A DNA stretch of 64,000 bases from Lytechinus pictus (Eukaryota), in the NCBI RefSeq assembly GCF_037042905.1, contig NC_087251.1:45014001-45078000 (forward strand), read 5' to 3'. Shown one piece after another: positions 62,201 through 64,000 of this stretch. Under the pieces are notes generated by a model. It was not told the DNA's origin. It was given only the letters and a program-made list of their open reading frames with translations, and searched no databases. The number at the start of each line of letters is the position of its first letter. Positions within the stretch are counted from its first letter, which is position 1. The position numbers and the translations under genes were made by a program.

Positions 62201-63791
62201 TCTTTTGGTCATCTTCCCCTAATAAATTACCCTGGTGATGCCTCCCCCCCCCCCATGTCCTCGACTGATATAACTTGATTAAACAGAGACTGGACTAGTT
62301 GTAGTGTGTGTGGATTCCAGTCAATAATACCATATCATAACATTTCAGAAAGATATATTTCAAATGGAATCAAAGAATTAATTAAAACAGTAATAATGAT
62401 AATAAAATAATGAATAACAAAGGACAAAAAGATGGATCCCCTAAAAAAAAATGAATAAATAAAACATATCATCTGGTTTTTCTTAGTATGAAAATTAATT
62501 GACCATGATCATACAGAAATTTAAAGCATGATTAAGAATTTTGTATGATCAAAATCGATTCTGATTCTATTAGACAGATAGTTAATCAATTTCCATCTGT
62601 TTCCCTATCATAATCTATAAAGAGAATAAAGAAAGTATAAAACAAAATATCAACAAAAAGTTAAACATAAATGGAAAGTAATATTTGAATAAATACTTTT
62701 AAAAGGAAAGTAAGAAAAGAAAGCCTCCCTCAAAAAGAAAAACACAAAAGAAAATAGAAAAACAAAGAAAAATTTAATAAATAATCAAGGGGAAGAAGCT
62801 GGAAAGCAAAGAATAAAAGATATTGAAGAGAGAACAAATAAAACAAAATGAGAAGAAAGACGAAGAAAATCAAGGGTAGAAAATAGAACATACCACCCCC
62901 TCCCCCCCCCCCCCCCATCGCCTCAGTGCCTTTCCTGTCTACAATACACTCTGATGGACAGGAATTTCCTTATGGCAATTTAAGTACTCAATAATCATAA
63001 GAGGCATATTATGAATATTAATTGCTACCATCAAATAAAGAAAAATGAATACTAGCATGTACTTGGAAGTTGGCAGTTCAGGTACAAAAACAAATGTAGC
63101 CATCCTAATTATGGCTTAATTATGTTTAAGAATAACTGAAAGACAAAATATCAGAAAGATATTCATTGGACAATAATTGAAGATTCAGTAAAACAATATT
63201 GAATCAACTATACAAATTCAATAGAACTGATACATTATAGCTTTTACTTCATGCTCAGTCGGTACCAAACTCCAAAAATAAGAATTTGAAAAGAATTGAA
63301 TGTTTATTAGACAGATATATGGTAGACATAGGTAACTGATACAAAATAGCCTGTGATCAATAGTTAGGCAGCAATGTAATGACTGTCTTTATCATCTAGG
63401 TTTTTGGTTTGTTTTCTCTTGACTTGAAAATAGTGAATCAAAACCAGATTGACAAGTGTTATCTCTTTTGTTTATTCAATCATGGAGTGATTTCTACAAA
63501 TTGGCTCCCCATCCACACCGCAATCAATCAAATCCTCTTCTACCTGACCACAAGATATGGAGGTCTCGCTGAATAAATTGAACAAACCACCGCTTTCCAG
63601 CCGGCTGCATGCGCTACGGCAGCTACGTCCGTCCGCCTGCAATCCAACAGGCTTTTCAAGGGTTTCTTTGGGGTCTTGTCTCTCGATCCCTCTATCCTGC
63701 AACGACGAAGGTACTTAGAGATCTTTACAGGGTGAAAGAGTGATGGTTGACCTGACCACCGCTCCTGACAGCGTCTTCCATCATGTTCCAT
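15907..63791 (-). CDS. NPAS3: Spliced gene model: bHLH-PAS transcription factor, trachealess/NPAS1/NPAS3 family. join(complement 63544-63791 [tentative], 52667-52932, 51897-51979, 49041-49130, 42790-42982, 29597-29712, 28688-28881, 23760-23866, 21815-21959, 18080-18204, 15907-17252); about 970 aa
   Basis: All ten introns are GT..AG and phases match across every junction. Exon lengths sum to 2913 nt (971 codons including stop). The translation has the family signatures [79 protein letters not shown] and [12 protein letters not shown]. An invertebrate gene would be co-orthologous to NPAS1/NPAS3 and Drosophila trh. Confidence 0.93.
18080..18204 (-). CDS. NPAS3: Exon: [41 protein letters not shown]
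   Basis: tttcag acceptor, G|gtttga donor, 125 nt, phase 2 to 1; MD..Q motif typical just after PAS-B in this family. Confidence 0.88.
18562..19363. mobile_element. ~800-bp PIF/Harbinger (Tourist-like) non-autonomous element
   Basis: TIRs GGCTGCGTTTATGCG / CGGATAAACGCACCC; TSD TAA on both sides; subterminal clusters of palindromic AATCATGATT. Confidence 0.85.
20310..21020. repeat. CA-rich minisatellite (unit ~90-100 bp: ccaccccagtataaaaacacatg...acagacagccagtgacacacactcac)
   Basis: At least four recognisable units. Confidence 0.8.
21024..21393. mobile_element. Two adjacent short hairpin MITEs (about 21024-21186 and 21222-21393)
   Basis: ggggcccgtttcat...atgaaaccagcccc and gggccgtttcataaagctg...cagctttatgagacaccc; relatives at 43215-43378 and 47614-47817. 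Confidence 0.7.
21815..21959 (-). CDS. NPAS3: PAS-B/PAC exon: [48 protein letters not shown](S)
   Basis: atccag acceptor, AG|gtaggt donor, 145 nt, phase 1 to 2; KGQ..T.YYR....GG.VW.Q motif. Confidence 0.96.
23760..23866 (-). CDS. NPAS3: PAS-B exon: [35 protein letters not shown]
   Basis: tattag acceptor, T|gtaagt donor, 107 nt, phase 2 to 1; G.S.Y..IH..D PAS motif. Confidence 0.95.
24498..26981. mobile_element. 2.5-kb TTAA-TSD non-autonomous transposon containing a tandem array of ~215-230-bp units
   Basis: TIR GGACGTTCCACAGTT / AACTGTGGAACGTCC; TTAA at 24494-24497 and 26982-26985; motif tgaaaatgacatggatttt recurs near 24960, 25390, 25614, 25844, 26074, 26287, 26510 and 26943. Confidence 0.9.
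27311..27570 (+). mobile_element. tRNA-derived SINE nested in the host repeat
   Basis: A box TGGCTCAGTTGG, B box GGTTCAAACC, tRNA-unrelated body, (CAT)n tail. Confidence 0.8.
28247..28518. mobile_element. Short MITE
   Basis: ggccccgtcttacaaagagttgcgattgatc ... gatcaatcgcaactctttttcaagacggggcc inverted ends. Confidence 0.75.
28688..28881 (-). CDS. NPAS3: Exon: [11 protein letters not shown]...[31 protein letters not shown](K) (end of PAS-A, start of PAS-B)
   Basis: ttcccgaag acceptor, AA|gtgagt donor, 194 nt, phase 0 to 2. Confidence 0.96.
29597..29712 (-). CDS. NPAS3: Exon: [39 protein letters not shown]
   Basis: tattacag acceptor, gtaact donor, 116 nt, phase 1 to 0; diagnostic trh/NPAS3 motif. 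Not in the ORF track. Confidence 0.96.
29805..29950. repeat. (GAT/GGT)n microsatellite
   Basis: Direct inspection. Confidence 0.9.
32295..33190. repeat. Polypurine (GA-rich) low-complexity tract; similar tracts at 17520-18065, 36580-37140 and 43425-43730; CT-rich tract at 54600-55210
   Basis: Direct inspection. Confidence 0.8.
33530..33775 (+). mobile_element. SINE subfamily copy (core ctctccacccaggtgtagtaaactggtacc)
   Basis: Degenerate B box ggattcgaat, shared core and tail; inverted sister copy at 39385-39650. Confidence 0.7.
37365..37647 (+). mobile_element. tRNA-derived SINE, second family (core cacttgacccaggtgaggtgaataggtacc)
   Basis: A box tggtctagtgg, B box ggttcgaatcc, shared core, (ATT)n tail. 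Confidence 0.78.
37907..38238 (+). mobile_element. tRNA-derived SINE, second family, with (GTA)n tail
   Basis: gggttcgaatcccagccatggc and cactcaacccaggtgaggtgaatgggtacc; tandem to the 37365 copy. Confidence 0.78.
39385..39650 (-). mobile_element. SINE subfamily copy, inverted relative to 33530
   Basis: gttacccatttactacacctgggtggagagtgg and gggatttgaacccc on the + strand. Confidence 0.7.
39745..39990 (-). mobile_element. tRNA-derived SINE related to the 27311 copy
   Basis: Minus strand: gcatgttggctcagtggtagagcgtccgcctcatgaacgggaggccgtgggttcgatccccggccgagtcataccaaagac..., (ATT)n tail. Confidence 0.8.
42478..42680 (+). mobile_element. 3' fragment of a CR1/L2-group LINE ORF2
   Basis: Translation [30 protein letters not shown] resembles the WN.LP..I...S...FK..LK.H C-terminal motif of CR1/L2-group ORF2. 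Confidence 0.55.
42790..42982 (-). CDS. NPAS3: PAS-A exon: [30 protein letters not shown]...PSTIQ
   Basis: aacag acceptor, G|gtaggt donor, 193 nt, phase 0 to 1; [15 protein letters not shown] motif. Confidence 0.96.
43215..43378. mobile_element. Short hairpin MITE
   Basis: cattgcataaaagttac...taactttatgcaatg inverted arms; interior resembles 21024-21186. Confidence 0.65.
47157..47300. repeat. (GAT)n degenerate microsatellite
   Basis: Direct inspection. Confidence 0.88.
47614..47817. mobile_element. Short MITE
   Basis: caggtgggtgtttcataaagctg ... cagctttatgaaacacccacctg perfect 23-bp TIRs. Confidence 0.78.
48597..48991 (-). mobile_element. Same MITE family, copy 2 (inverted), ending 49 nt from the 49041 splice donor
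   Basis: AGGCGGTGCTCCACCATCCCGAG...CTCGGGATGGTGCAGACGGCCCT; TSD ATA. Confidence 0.82.
49041..49130 (-). CDS. NPAS3: PAS-A exon: [30 protein letters not shown]
   Basis: ttgcag acceptor, gtgaga donor, 90 nt; canonical PAS-A motif [14 protein letters not shown]. Confidence 0.97.
50100..50450. repeat. (GTA/GCA)n microsatellite
   Basis: Direct inspection. Confidence 0.92.
51395..51666 (-). mobile_element. tRNA-derived SINE, second family
   Basis: Reverse complement of the same head and core (gtacccattttcctcacctggg...ccatggctggtaatcgaaccc). Confidence 0.72.
51897..51979 (-). CDS. NPAS3: Exon: [28 protein letters not shown] (entry to PAS-A)
   Basis: ttcttgtag acceptor, gtaagt donor, 83 nt, phase 1 to 0; HLGSHILQ motif. 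Not in the ORF track. Confidence 0.95.
52667..52932 (-). CDS. NPAS3: bHLH exon ([67 protein letters not shown]...)
   Basis: Acceptor ttctcctctgcgatgcag, donor CAAG|gtaaga; 266 nt; closely matches the trh/NPAS3 bHLH domain. Confidence 0.97.
55285..56380. repeat. Degenerate tandem repeat, four units
   Basis: acatcatcacaaatt...aaagagaagtct.aaa...ttttcagccagcaatt at about 55300, 55488, 56103 and 56315. Confidence 0.65.
55876..56038. mobile_element. Short hAT-like MITE
   Basis: caagggccgcagaagcgg ... ccgttctgtggcccctg imperfect TIRs; TSD not evident. Confidence 0.5.
58690..58897 (+). mobile_element. Probable LINE 3' UTR remnant
   Basis: T-rich tract ending gaaataaatgaattgaatagaat, typical of CR1/L2-type tails. 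Confidence 0.4.
59385..60868. repeat. C-rich minisatellite with a recent ~300-bp tandem duplication
   Basis: Recurrent tgtgatcatagagtaacat/ccacccctct; 60245-60545 is nearly identical to 60546-60845. Confidence 0.85.
59880..60171 (-). mobile_element. 5'-truncated retroposon (LINE 3' end) inserted in a C-rich minisatellite
   Basis: Minus-strand AATAAA followed by a (TTTGAA)n tail; apparent TSD TAAATTCA at 59880-59887 and 60164-60171; it interrupts the host unit ctcgacta.attcattgtgatcata. Confidence 0.6.
63544..63791 (-). CDS. NPAS3: Candidate upstream coding exon of the NPAS3/trh gene ([12 protein letters not shown]...PPYLVVR); may extend beyond the window
   Basis: GC-rich open frame ending GTC AG|GTAGAA. 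The phase-2 AG plus the first G of the bHLH exon gives Arg in frame. The frame stays open to the window end. No recognisable homology. Confidence 0.5.
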
Positions 63792-64000
63792 TTCACCTCT
63801 TCCTTCATTCCCCCTGATTCCTACAAAGTGGATAAACTTCTTCGCGCTGATGTAACTTTCAATTGAGACCGATCGCTTTCCGATGCGCCACTGATTGTGA
63901 TCTCTCTCGCGCCATTGATGCTGAGTGGTCGCTACACAATGAGTATTGTAATGTGTCTGTGACCCGACTACCGAGTATCCCAGACCCCATGTTTGTTCAT

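Overview
AT-rich, repeat-rich, intron-containing animal DNA. The repeat families and gene style suggest an echinoderm, most likely a sea urchin (inference only). One minus-strand gene dominates the window: a trachealess/NPAS1/NPAS3-type bHLH-PAS transcription factor. Ten coding exons (52932 down to the stop at 15907) were assembled by hand with GT-AG junctions and consistent reading phase. A phase-compatible candidate upstream exon lies at 63544-63791 or beyond, giving about 970 aa from the ATG at 63791. The left edge appears to hold the promoter (E2F+CHR element) and first two exons of a second minus-strand gene. Introns and the 3' flank contain many non-autonomous DNA transposons (TTAA, 3-bp and 8-bp TSD types), tRNA-derived SINEs, LINE 3' ends, a nested TE complex, mini/microsatellites and several GC-rich non-repetitive islands that look regulatory. 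I found no prokaryote-type system (CRISPR, operon) and cannot demonstrate a novel system. The best leads are a possible internal promoter/exon, a possibly very long MITE-laden 3' UTR, a 46-bp perfect CRE-ended palindrome and C-terminal PIDLS/SUMO/NLS motifs.
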